Positions 1-10,349 of a stretch of DNA of 63,519 nt are shown piece by piece (position 1 is the stretch's first letter; the number at the start of each line of letters is the position of its first letter). The notes beneath the pieces are model-generated. The model was given only the letters and a program-made list of their open reading frames with translations, ran no database searches and was not told where the DNA came from. The DNA lies in contig QPGO01000079.1 of NCBI GenBank assembly GCA_008632985.1, positions 310,001 through 373,519 of the forward strand, in the 5' to 3' direction. Position numbers and translations under genes: made by a program. This DNA comes from Psammoneis japonica. Lineage: Eukaryota.

Positions 1-237
1 TGTAATTTGTTCTCCGTTTACTGGTTCTCCTTCGTTCAACAGCTTTTCTTTCGTCTTGCGCTTTCCCCTCTTTAAAACGAATCGCTCCGTCCGACTGCCG
101 TACCCACTTCTTCTTGTGCATAAAGGCTTGCGAAGCTTCAGGATTGATATTCTAGACGGAGGTATGAGACTGTACACATCAGACACACATAGCAAACAGA
201 AGAGCATCACGCAAGTCCCGCATCGCATCATTCTCAT
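1..237 (-). CDS. 5' part of a gene running off the window; N-terminus resembles a signal peptide plus basic transit-like peptide
   Basis: Hand translation from ATG at 237 is open to position 1: MRMMRCGTCVMLFCLLCVSDVYSLIPPSRISILKLRKPLCTRRSGYGSRTERFVLKRGKRKTKEKLLNEGEPVNGEQIT. Hydrophobic stretch followed by an S/R/K-rich segment. Product unknown. Confidence 0.45.
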   Translation of the reverse strand, partial: MRMMRCGTCVMLFCLLCVSDVYSLIPPSRISILKLRKPLCTRRSGYGSRTERFVLKRGKRKTKEKLLNEGEPVNGEQIT

Positions 238-809
238 GGTGTTGGAGAAAGAAATCAGCGCGACCAGAATCAACTTTTGTAGAAGCAATCGAACAATGCC
301 GCCCTCTCCGAAACAGCTTGTACCAGCGAGCGTCCTTGTCTAGTTGAACTAACTGCTGCTATTTAGGGCTAGACTAACGTTCAAAGCTTTCGGGTGTCGG
401 CGCCAATACTTGTCTTTTCTCTTCTCGCTTCTCGACTTGAACATTGAACAAGGCAAACTCCAAACCAAAACTGCATCCGATGCTGACAGCGCACACGCAC
501 AATGTGTCACCGTATGGTTCATACGTAGGTTCTACATACGTTGCAACTCACGAGAGCGGCAGATAGATGATTATTCCGCTCCAGCCACCCGCGCGCAAAC
601 GACAGTCCTTCCGTCATACGAAACGTCCGGGTTTGCAGGTTCGAGGTCGCCGACGATTTCACGCAACCGCACGGTGCTTATTTCGGCGACATAGTAGCGT
701 AGAAATATTAACGTTGTACCACAGATATAAATGTATGAATAATATATTTCACTGCTGCAGGCCAACGCAAAAAACAAATTTTTCCACACTTTCACCGCGA
801 CAAAACAAA

Positions 810-3800
810 ATGGTGAGTGCCGCTGCTGTTGACGATGTCGTTTGTCGAAAGTAATGTGTTCAACGCCGATGTTTTGGCGTAGTATTGCTCTTATATGACA
901 TTACTAACATTGCGTGCCAAAACATCGCCATCATATTATACAGGAGACGGGAAATAACAACTCTACTTTGGCTGTCGCAGCAGCTCCGACGGCAGCCGCC
1001 AACAATGGCCTGGAAGCCCTCAAAAGGGATATTAGCACCCGTCTTCGAGTGTTTGTCACTCATGTCCAAGACCCCAATCGACATACAACATTTCAGCCGG
1101 GAAAGAAGTGGTTCCTTGTCTCAAGTGGTAAAAACGCTCGAAAGGAGCACCCTGACGCCGTTCACATTCTTGATCAAATCGGCGTCGCGGAAGACGATAT
1201 GTTACTGGCATATAAGACGAAATGGATGAATCACCTTTTCTTCCCCTTCTCTGAGTTAGAAACAAGGCCCATTGGAAAATGGTTCTTCGTCACCGTGAAG
1301 ATGAGCCACGAGGACTCCGGGTATGGCGACACCAGCACCGCCCCCCACTATCATGACTTCAGCGCTAGCGATCCTACCAATCCAGTCAAGGTCTTCTGTA
1401 CAGTAGTATCCAAAACAAAGGATGAGAGAGCAGTTAGCCGCCTCCTTAGAGATGTAAATAATGCATCTAGCATTACTTCTTGGAGACTTGAGACAAAAAT
1501 TGGAAAAAAGACACCCCAAGACCCAGCTGGTGCATCAACCTCACCGTCTCCCCAACAAGACGCAGCAGATGCTTCTACTGCTATGGCAAGGAGCGACACG
1601 GCACCATCATCATCTGCGATTGGCGAAATGAAGAAGATGCCTTTAGCGGCACAAGCTGCAGTAGACTCGTCTAATGACACTACTAGAAGCAACAGTACGC
1701 AATCTCTAGACAGTTTGTTAGAGTATGCTAAAGGTTTGCGAACGACGGAACTTGACTCGTCAGATCTGCAAAAAGTCAAGTACATTGCACACGAATTAGT
1801 GACTATCCTTCGTGGCCCAGATTTAAGTAATGTCGTCAAACTGAATGGCCAAGTTGGTCAGGGGTCCGATTGGATGCGAATCAAGGCTTCCAGAGGTGGC
1901 ACGAGCAGTCGGACAAAGCAGAGGGACGTTGTGTCAACGGCTAGTGCAGTATCCAAAACACTTTCTCATGCGGACAATAGCACAAAGAATGAGATAATGA
2001 AAACAGCATTTGCTAAGCAGGATGGAACGGTTTACAAATACAATCGTTTTCACCGCAAAGTACAAATATTGGGTGAGGAGGAAACACTGAAATTGCAGCA
2101 GGTCGGTGGGATGTCGGATAGAAAAATGGCGGGGTTCAGTCGAATGCTTTCTCAACTATTAGGAGTGGTCTTCTATGATCGTAAAAACACTCTGTCAAGG
2201 ATGACAGAAGGGATGATTCCCGACTTTACTGTTGACAAGGTGAAGATTATGGTAAAAGGACAAGAGGTAATGCGTCAACGGTGTATAGTCGACCGTGTAA
2301 GCGATGTTGTGTGTGATCGTGTGGCTACTCTATACGATTCAAAGTTGCTTCAACCTTCATCTACAATATCTCTGCTTGATGATACGACTATAATCATTCG
2401 ATTCGGTGGGGACAAGGGGGGCAAATTTATGCAGTTCAAGTTCGGCGCTACGGTTGTAAATGGTATTGACCCCAACAGCGCCGATTCTTTTGATGTTTGC
2501 GCTACCCTAGATGCCCCGGACACCTACTACAATCTCAAGAAGGGTATATTCGATGACATCAAGGATGAGATGGATTTCTATTTCGATGCAACACGCAAAG
2601 CACCTCCGAAAATGGCTTTGTATGTATTCGAGGAGAGGGTCATTGGCACAGTCGTCTACAGTGGAGAAAGCTCGGCTTTTGAGCATATAGAAGAAATACA
2701 ATGCCCAATGGATATGCACCAATCCTCCAAAGGGGTACACTCGGTTGGTCCATTCTCTTTTGGAAAGTCGTCACAAGCATTGATGCTCCAAGACGGTGAC
2801 TTTACTTGGGGCGTTCAGTTTCTTGACACGGGAAAGGACGAGAGGAATGTCATGAGATTCAAACAATCTGTACCCAAACTGCAACTCAATGGCATGAGCG
2901 TGTTGCAATATGACTTACAATGTGTTCTTGGCGGTGATATAGACTTCATTAACATCGTGTTGGGTCTTCAAGGATGCTCGGCAACGTACCCTTGCTACTT
3001 GTGCGAGACACTCTTAGAGACTTTGAAAAAAAGAGAAAAGGACATGAAGTGTGGAGAGGCCCGCACGCATGAGCGATTTCAGCAACAGCTGAAGGCAGTA
3101 AAAGCAATGCACACGATCACCAAACAAAAGCAAGCCGCGAAAGAGAATGGCTCCGTCATTAACGAGCCACTCATTCCCGCCGACTTTAGCCGCGTTCTTC
3201 TTGCTCCGCTTCACATTATTCTGGGCATAACAAAAAAGTTGTGGGACAAGTTAGTTTTTCAAATTCAAAAGGTTGACCATGGGAGCGACAGCCAGTACCG
3301 GGACCTCATGGATGTTCGGGACTGTATCAGCGTGTTCATCGACTACAACAAGGCTGAACAACATGCTGAGGAGGAAGAAATCAAGCACGCCGAAGAGATT
3401 CGTAAGGGAGCGTGGGAAAAACTGTGTGAGGCACGGCAGAGAGGCGATTGGAGCAATGATGAGGAGAAAATTCTTCGTCAAGCACATACCAATGCATGCA
3501 AGCTAGTGAAGGACGCAAAAGAAGTTCGCAACGGGCGAGACAAAAGAGTAATACCATCACTGGAGAAATTGCTAAAGGACTTAAATGACTACCTAAGCAA
3601 GAAAAGGGGTCGGTACGAGCAAGTGTTAGAGGAGCTGTTGGACGAGCCACCGATTAAGGCAAAGCACAACCCGTTCTATGGAGGGTCCTTCAACGGAAAC
3701 GACTGTTTTCGACTAATGGAAAACCACTCACTTGTTTTCAAACGTCTGAGGGCAGCAGCAGGTGACCAATCACAACAGATTACAGAGATAGCAAACCAAA

Positions 3801-4462
3801 CTGAACAAGTCTGGAGCGCCTTCGCTGATATAATCCCTTCCTTTCGCTCGACTCGGGTGCTATCGCCGCAAGAGAGAGCATCGCTCCTGGAAGACATTGA
3901 CACCTTTTGGAACGAATACATTGACAACACGGTTGGATCCATCACCATGAAGATTCATTTTCTTATACTTCATACAGAAGAAGTGCTCTCCAAGTATGGG
4001 ACAATTGGATTGCTTGCCGAAGACGGCATGGAATCAATACACGCGGTCGTAAACTCCTTGTCTCGTAACCTCGCCGCACTTCCCGCATCGCGCCGAGCTA
4101 GCCACATCATGAAGAGTCTTGGGGCTCGAAAGAGAAGAGCTGTTTCGATTGCTGGTGAGTCACATGACAAGCCAAAAAAGAAAAAACGCACAGTTCAGGG
4201 TCGTGGCAAGAGCACAAAAGAGCTTACCAGCGGTATGCAACCAACGGCGGTTGATGCAGCAGCATCTCAAGCAATTCAGACGTTCGTCGCGGCACAAGGT
4301 GAATCTGAAGAAGAGGGTCCAATGTTCCCTCCCAATTATGAGCTTGTCGAGTGTGAAAAGTGTCGCGATGGCGGGGGCGTAGATGTTTTAATACCTGACG
4401 TGTTGATGCCGCTGCATGATTTGTTGCATCATGTCGCCACGAGTGCAAAGCTCGAGAAGTAA
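810..4462 (+). CDS. RAG1/Transib-like DDE transposase, ~1173 aa; exon 1 = ATG 810-812, intron 813-943, exon 2 944-4462
   Basis: Motifs in RAG1-core order: RFGGDKGG (Asp1, codon 2411), GGDIDFINIVLGLQGCSATYPCYLCE (Asp2 at 2936 plus CxxC; cf. RAG1 [25 protein letters not shown]), APLHIILG (cf. DALHCDIG), FNGNDC (cf. MNGNFA), ITMKIHFLILHTEEVLSKYGTIGLLAEDGMES (HxxxxH and Glu at 4031; cf. [32 protein letters not shown]). Intron has GTGAGT donor, TACTAAC branch point (902-908) and an in-frame CAG acceptor. Confidence 0.85.
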
Positions 4463-4482
4463 AACAGTGATGTGTTTCCCGC

Positions 4483-4524
4483 GCATTTTTTAGAGGTTAT
4501 GGGCATTTTTTAGAGGTTATGGGC
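4483..4524. repeat. Two tandem copies of a 20-bp subterminal unit GCATTTTTTAGAGGTTATGG
   Basis: Exact repeat at 4483-4502 and 4503-4522, just inside the right inverted repeat. Confidence 0.9.
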
Positions 4525-5117
4525 TTGAATCATACTGTGTCGCTTCGCGCATAGAAAAAAAGCATCGTGACCGGAGGTTGGTACAGTAGCCTAGTCTTAG
4601 CTTTAGCTTTTATGTACTTCTACTTCAACAGCATCTCTGGAGATAGGGCTAGGTAGCACGCAACAAATTGATAACGCCTCGTTATTGTTTGAGACAAGAA
4701 CTCGAGCCTGTCCCAACAGGAGGTCTGGATCGAATCGGAACAACGGTATCATCAACAATCTGCCTGTCCTTTTTCTATCGCTAATTTCAAGTTTCTTATC
4801 TGCCATAGTTTTCTTCCTCTTTTACCAATGAAATAGATTGCTAGGTTAAATCTACTCGTATCTATAGCGAACAGCATCTTTCGACTTCGTCATTCCTTCA
4901 ACTTCATTCTCGTCGTGGTCATCTAGATATTGCCGGCGTGTGCACCGTACTTTGTTCATCCCCCAAATGAGCCAACATGACTCAAGGAGAAGGAGCCAAT
5001 AGGAATAGCAGCGGGAATCTAGTATGATCCCAGCGGTATCTGAGATCTTGAAAAGCGTAGATCCAGCAAACACACAGACAGTGGAACTGCTTTCTTTATT
5101 GCAGAATGTTTAAGCCT

Positions 5118-6104
5118 TCATTTTGACCGTGTTCTTGACAATTTTCTTTTCAATTTCCGCTTCATAATTTGAATATCGTGTCGTCGTTTCCAAAGTTCAT
5201 AGTATCCCATGCCAAACACGAGGCCACCTAAATGTGCACTGTGCGCCACGCCATCTTGAATTCCTGCATACGACCCAAGAATGGAAAAGACAAACGAGAT
5301 CGCCAAGACAATTTTCGCTGGCAATCGAATAGGAATCACTCCCGCCACAAAGCAGAGCTCACTGTCAGGATAGGCCTGCGCAAATATTGAAATGAAGGAA
5401 AGGGTGACTGCAGACAGCCCCATGCAACCTCCTCCCCCACTGCCACTCAGCCACATATATGAAAGGGAACCTGCCAATGCTGATCCCAAAACAAGCGGCC
5501 ATAGTTCCCAACTCTGCCCTGATCCCCAGGGCGAAGCTAGTATTCGTTTCACTTTCGGTCCAAAACTGCAAAAGGCCCAAAGATTCATGAGCAGATGCGA
5601 CAGCGATGCATGAGAAATAGCTGACAAGAACAGAGCAGAGTATCGCTTGTGCTGTATCACATTCATCCGACTGCAAACAAAGTGCTGTTGCAGTAGTTTA
5701 TGAAAATCTTTGACTTGCCACAGACAAAATACAACACAGCAAGCAATCGTTCCGAGCGACAGCATGGGGCTATCGCGGTGCAAACGTGTAAAGTACTTTC
5801 GGAGTACGCCACTGGGCGACGAAGAGCCAGATTTTTTTCTCTGTGTCTTACAACCTCCACTGTCAACAAAAAGCTCATTTTGTGGAGGCGGTGGCGGTTT
5901 TCGTTCGAGATCTCCAAGTGTAAGCGGACGAGCAGGTGCATGTCTGAAATTCTTTTGTTCTTGGTAGTTTGGATTCAGTTCATACGGTGAGTTTGAACCA
6001 CCACGAAGTTCTAGTCCTACGAAAGTTTTCCTTATTGAAGGGCCGGCATTTGAGCGCCATAGCGGCGTCAACGACAGAACGATCACAAGTCGACACTTCA
6101 CCAT
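5118..6104 (-). CDS. Rhomboid-family intramembrane serine protease with signal peptide
   Basis: HASLSHLLMNLW (HxxxN), GLSA (GxS nucleophile) and AHSAHLGG (catalytic His) motifs; several TM segments. Likely start is MVKCRLVIVLSL (ATG 6104), not the ORF-track start at 6266. Confidence 0.85.
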   Translation of the reverse strand: MVKCRLVIVLSLTPLWRSNAGPSIRKTFVGLELRGGSNSPYELNPNYQEQKNFRHAPARPLTLGDLERKPPPPPQNELFVDSGGCKTQRKKSGSSSPSGVLRKYFTRLHRDSPMLSLGTIACCVVFCLWQVKDFHKLLQQHFVCSRMNVIQHKRYSALFLSAISHASLSHLLMNLWAFCSFGPKVKRILASPWGSGQSWELWPLVLGSALAGSLSYMWLSGSGGGGCMGLSAVTLSFISIFAQAYPDSELCFVAGVIPIRLPAKIVLAISFVFSILGSYAGIQDGVAHSAHLGGLVFGMGYYELWKRRHDIQIMKRKLKRKLSRTRSK

Positions 6105-6306
6105 GGCCGGGTTGATTGAACGTTGTCGCGTCTCGGTTCTCGGTCTCGCGAAAATTTCGAAATGGGAATCGGATCGCAACGGATGGAAGGACAGAGAGAA
6201 CGGTTGAAGGCCAGGTTGGCCATTGCGCGACATCGGCGCGCGAACACATTTCTTCAGACCGCACACTCATCACCGCCGCACTTTCTGATCGCTCCCACCG
6301 TTCACC

Positions 6307-6951
6307 ATGGCGTCTTCCGGCAGCAAGGACTCACCCGCCAAGACAACAACCCTGGAGGTATCGCCTCTCGCTTATGTTTCCATGTTGCTGCATGCTGCGC
6401 AGTTTAGTACATGCCCAGTCCACGGAATATTGTTGGGATCGGCGGTGGATGCGGTCACCAAAGCAACACGTGCTGTTGCGGTGTGTCACGAATCTCCAAC
6501 CAAACCCTTGATTGATACGGCTCTTTCACTTGTTCAGGCGTCTTTGGAAGAGAAGGAATCTATTGTAGGATGGTATACAGCTCCAGAAAGGTTGCAAGAT
6601 GAACGGCCGGGGCCGGCTGCCCTGAAAATTGCCGCAGGGTTAGACAAGACCCTGGATTCAGAGCCAGTGTTGGTTGTACTGCAAAACAAAGAGATCTCAA
6701 AAGTCCTCAAGGACGGTTCAACATCCGGTGCATTGAAAGCTTTTGGAAAAGATTTTGGTCAGCAATGGTTAGAGCCACTTTCGAATGTGTCGATTGCAAA
6801 AGAATCGTCTGCGGCAGAGGCAGCAAAGGAGGCATACAGCGACGAGGAAATTTCAGTGACAGATTTGACGAAGCACTTTGAATCGCCAGAGTCGGATTCA
6901 GAGTGGCCTTTTAGTATTGCCATTGCCAAGTGTGTAGAAAAGCACTGCTAA
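6307..6951 (+). CDS. EMC8: ER membrane protein complex subunit 8/9 (UPF0172, MPN-like)
   Basis: N-terminal AYVSMLLHAAQFSTCPVHGILLG matches the EMC8/9 pattern (AY.K..LH..KYP...V.GLL.G); later IVGWY motif; 214 aa; head-to-head with the rhomboid gene. Confidence 0.8.
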   Translation: MASSGSKDSPAKTTTLEVSPLAYVSMLLHAAQFSTCPVHGILLGSAVDAVTKATRAVAVCHESPTKPLIDTALSLVQASLEEKESIVGWYTAPERLQDERPGPAALKIAAGLDKTLDSEPVLVVLQNKEISKVLKDGSTSGALKAFGKDFGQQWLEPLSNVSIAKESSAAEAAKEAYSDEEISVTDLTKHFESPESDSEWPFSIAIAKCVEKHC

Positions 6952-7062
6952 ATGATCATAAATTCTCTCTGCATTTGAAGAAAAAAAGTTCAATATGGAT
7001 TGAACACGAGCTTATATAAACAGTCCACAGCACCGTCTCAGGTGTACTGTATAGAATATTAC

Positions 7063-9706
7063 TTATGCAAGTTCATGGTCGTCGAGTCTATCATCGAAGG
7101 GATCAGATTCACGAGAAGGCTGTCGAGTGACTGGTGCTGACGAAGCTCTAGCTGGTTCCGGAGTAGCGGACGGATACATTCGATCAGCGTCCGTGCTTGA
7201 TGGTCCCGAATATTGACGATCCATTTCCGATTTCGGAGGGAATCCTGGTTGTTGTCGCCAAGGGGTCGTGGGACGGCCGTTCATGCTGCTGGTGGTGGTG
7301 CTACTGTTGCCTTCTAACTGGACCACCTTACACATGACCGCCACATCTTGCACGACAATTTCCTCTGTTCGAACACGCGCCATAGCGAGGTCCACGGATT
7401 TTGTCGATTTGAATCGAACCAAACCTAGCAAGGAGAGGCGCCACAGTATAACGGTAAGGACACACGCAGAGATAAGAACGAGAACAGCAAAAAGGAAACA
7501 ATATAATTCTAAGCATACGTACCAAAGCCACGATTGTTTGCAGACACGGCCGCGTCGTCAATTTCGCCAAATTCTTCAAAGGCCTCAATGACGTTCTCGC
7601 GTCTCACGGTTTTCCGCATTCCCGTCACCATGATAGTGTCTTTCGGAAATTCCTCTGCTAGCTCCAGTCCTAATATAGCCGCGCATTCATGAATAGCTCG
7701 TGAGGCGTGCTCGGGTCCAATGACTCCGTGTCGGACACTCGCCACCATTTTATTCAGCGTTTCTTGCATAAACATTTGTCTTGTAGAGCCAAGCAAGAAG
7801 AGGGTGAGAATAAGAATACACACGTGACAAAAGTTAAAGCAGTATTATTTTCAATGACTCACTTTTCATCCAACGTTGCACCCTCCATTCGTTTCAGCCA
7901 ACCCGTCACTTCCCAGAGCGCGCTTGCTTCAATTTCCATACTATCACCCGATCCTCCCCATAGCAGTTCTTTAGGATTGGGAGAATCGTCATCATCCATC
8001 AAGGCCTTGGTGAGCGCTTGACTCATCATTCCATCAAAGTTGTTCAAGTTTCCCTCCACTTTGGTCCGCATCTTTTCCAAATTCTTATCCTTGTATTCGT
8101 CGAATTCATCCGCCAAATGGTGCGTGCCATCGGCTTCGTCACCGGATTCGCCACCATTGTATTCTCCAACTGAAAGAAGCGATGGTTGAGACAGCAACGA
8201 ATCCGTTGGTGAAATCATTCCACCCAAACCAGAATCATACGGCGTGGCATACGAATCATTCCGGTCCTTGTCATTCATGGCAAAGGCAGCTCCAGCCGCT
8301 CCCGCCCCCGCAGCTGCTGCAACTCCTGCCGCAACAGCCGCATCTTTATCGGATCGATTCGAAATCATAATGGTGTTTTGACCCACCGTACCACCCACAC
8401 TCTCGTGTGCTGCCGGTGCTTCCGACGTGCTACCGTTCCCAAACCGCTGCGATGCCCCGCCGCCGGCTCGAGATTCCTCTTTCTTTCGCCATTGTCTCTT
8501 TTTCCAATAGAAAAACGAACCAACCAAAATCAACCCACCCAAGACAGCCACAACAACGGCAATGATCGTAGCGGTCATTCCCGACGAATCCGAATCGGGA
8601 GAAGCCGAAGGAACAAAGGTTGGTTCACGCGAGGGTGCGCCAGAGGGTGCCCACGTCGGAATGCCGGTCGGATAATTGGTGGGACTGACCGATGGCGTTC
8701 TGGATGGAGCAATCGAGGGAGGAAAACTCGGCGCTGCGGATGGAGAAAAGCTTGGAGGAGCTGAAGCCTCCACAATGACAGATTCAGCCCGAAAGGATTC
8801 AGTTATAGACGTCAAGCCTGCCTCGTTGAGCCGATCTGTAAATTCATCCAAATCACCATTGACTTCATCACGATACTCTCTGGGTAAGCCCGTTACATTG
8901 CTGTGCAATGATTTGTACTCTACAGTGTACTCCACCTCCAAAACTCGTTCCTGTAGGCCCCGCAGATATTGAAAGACACTCTGAACCGATTCAGTCCAGG
9001 TCGAATCTCTTAGCCGCCTCCTCAATTCAACCACGGCGGAATTCAACACAACCGAAGTGGTATTGATTCGATCCTCAGTTGTGATATCTTCCGTATAACC
9101 CACCACCACGCTTTCAAACATTTCTTGTTCCGTATCATTCAGAGGCTGTGTCTCGTCCATTTGAAATCTCTGTTTAAATTTTCCTCTGGATAACTGCAGA
9201 GACTCAAAGGTGGGTTCCACCGAGGGCGAATACGAGGGCACTTCGGTTGGAGCCGGAGACACCGTGGGCGAAAGCGTCGGAGCCCACGAGGGTTGGGGTG
9301 ACACTGTCGGAGAAACAGATGGTTTTAGAGAAAGTGTGGGAGACGCAGACGGTCGAAAAGTTATCGTTGGATGATTGGTCGGAGACACGGACGGCAGTTC
9401 TGTAGGATACAGCGTTGGGCTCCAGGACGGGCTTGTCGTAGGAGCCGGAGAGACGGTCGGTGACGCTGTTATAGTTGGTGACATTGTTGGACTTTTAGTT
9501 GGGTCTTTGGTTGGGTTTGGTGTGCCTGTAGGATTAGATGTGATCGTAGGCACGGGTGATGTAGAGGGAGATTCCGTGGGGCTGGGCGATTGAGTGGGGC
9601 TATCGGTGGTGCTGTTGCTTGGTAATGCCGTGGGTTCCTGAGCAAAAACGGTAACGGCCGTCAAAAGACATAATAAAAGCAGCACTGTCATGGGTCGTCT
9701 TGACAT
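7063..9706 (-). CDS. Single-pass membrane protein: signal peptide, P/T/S mucin-like repeats, globular ectodomain, TM, cytoplasmic tail ending in an RRM-like domain; 3 exons
   Basis: Signal-like MSRRPMTVLLLLCLLTAVTVFA; SPT/PS repeats; TM TIIAVVVAVLGGLILVGSFFYW followed by KKR. Introns ~7780-7862 (GTGAGT..AAG) and 7425-7522 (GTACGT..CTAG). Spliced C-terminus has IMVTGM...FEEFGEIDDAAVSANNRGFGLVRF (RNP2/RNP1-like). Start could also be 9907 or 9691. Confidence 0.75.
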
Positions 9707-10349
9707 CAAACAAACCGGTGCTCTTGACGACCGCAAGTTTTGTTTCTTTCTTGACCGTTGGTTCGAAATGCGATTATTCACCAACATAATATTCTCTGGA
9801 AGCGCGTCGTCACCATGGGCGTTACAGAAATGCGAGGCGTCACTGCAAAATTTTGATGTTGCATTGCTATCGTCATATCGCCATATCGAGTCGTTCATGT
9901 TCCCCAAAATGTGGTCACGTCAACGCACACGACCTAAGATGAGATATATGAATGAGCAATGAGTCGTAAGAAAAGTTGGTTTGCGGTGCCCAGCGGCGGC
10001 GCTTGTCAAATCGCGGTCATGCCCGGGCTCTGCACCGAAAAACTAACTGGCATAGCTCTGCGCGCAGGAGCCGTTTGCGCGAATGTTCCCTGTACATCTT
10101 ACGGAATCTATGTACGAGAAATTTATCCAATCAATGTATCACGATATGAAGCTTTCTCTATTCTACCACAGTCAACTTTTACCGTTCATTAATCGTGGGG
10201 GCTATAACAGATGACCATTTAGTGATTCCTAGAAATTCATTAATGAAGGTAATCATAAAAATGAGTATTGAGTTTAGAGATTGTCAAACAACGATTTGGA
10301 GTGTTTGAAATTTTTCTCTATGTCTATACATAAAAAAAATATATATCAA

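Larger units (their letters stand above)
508..4539 (+). mobile_element. Putative ~4.0 kb RAG1/Transib-related cut-and-paste DNA transposon
   Basis: Transposase ORF flanked by imperfect 14-bp inverted repeats starting CAC: left 508-521 CACCGTATGGTTCA, right 4526-4539 reading CACAGTATGATTCA on the minus strand (12/14 match). No target-site duplication (left flank TGTGT, right flank TCGCT). Confidence 0.7.

Noticed and set aside
498..504. CACAATG (Transib-like heptamer) as the left transposon end
   Set aside because: Beyond the heptamer-like start it does not match the right end and gives no TSD; the CAC at 508 matches 12/14. Kept only as an alternative.
914..916. GTG start of the 1182-aa ORF
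   Set aside because: It lies inside a well-supported intron (813-943); the ATG at 810 splices in frame.
508..6951. RAG2-like partner gene
   Set aside because: No kelch or PHD-like ORF lies within or beside the element; the neighbours are rhomboid and EMC8/9.
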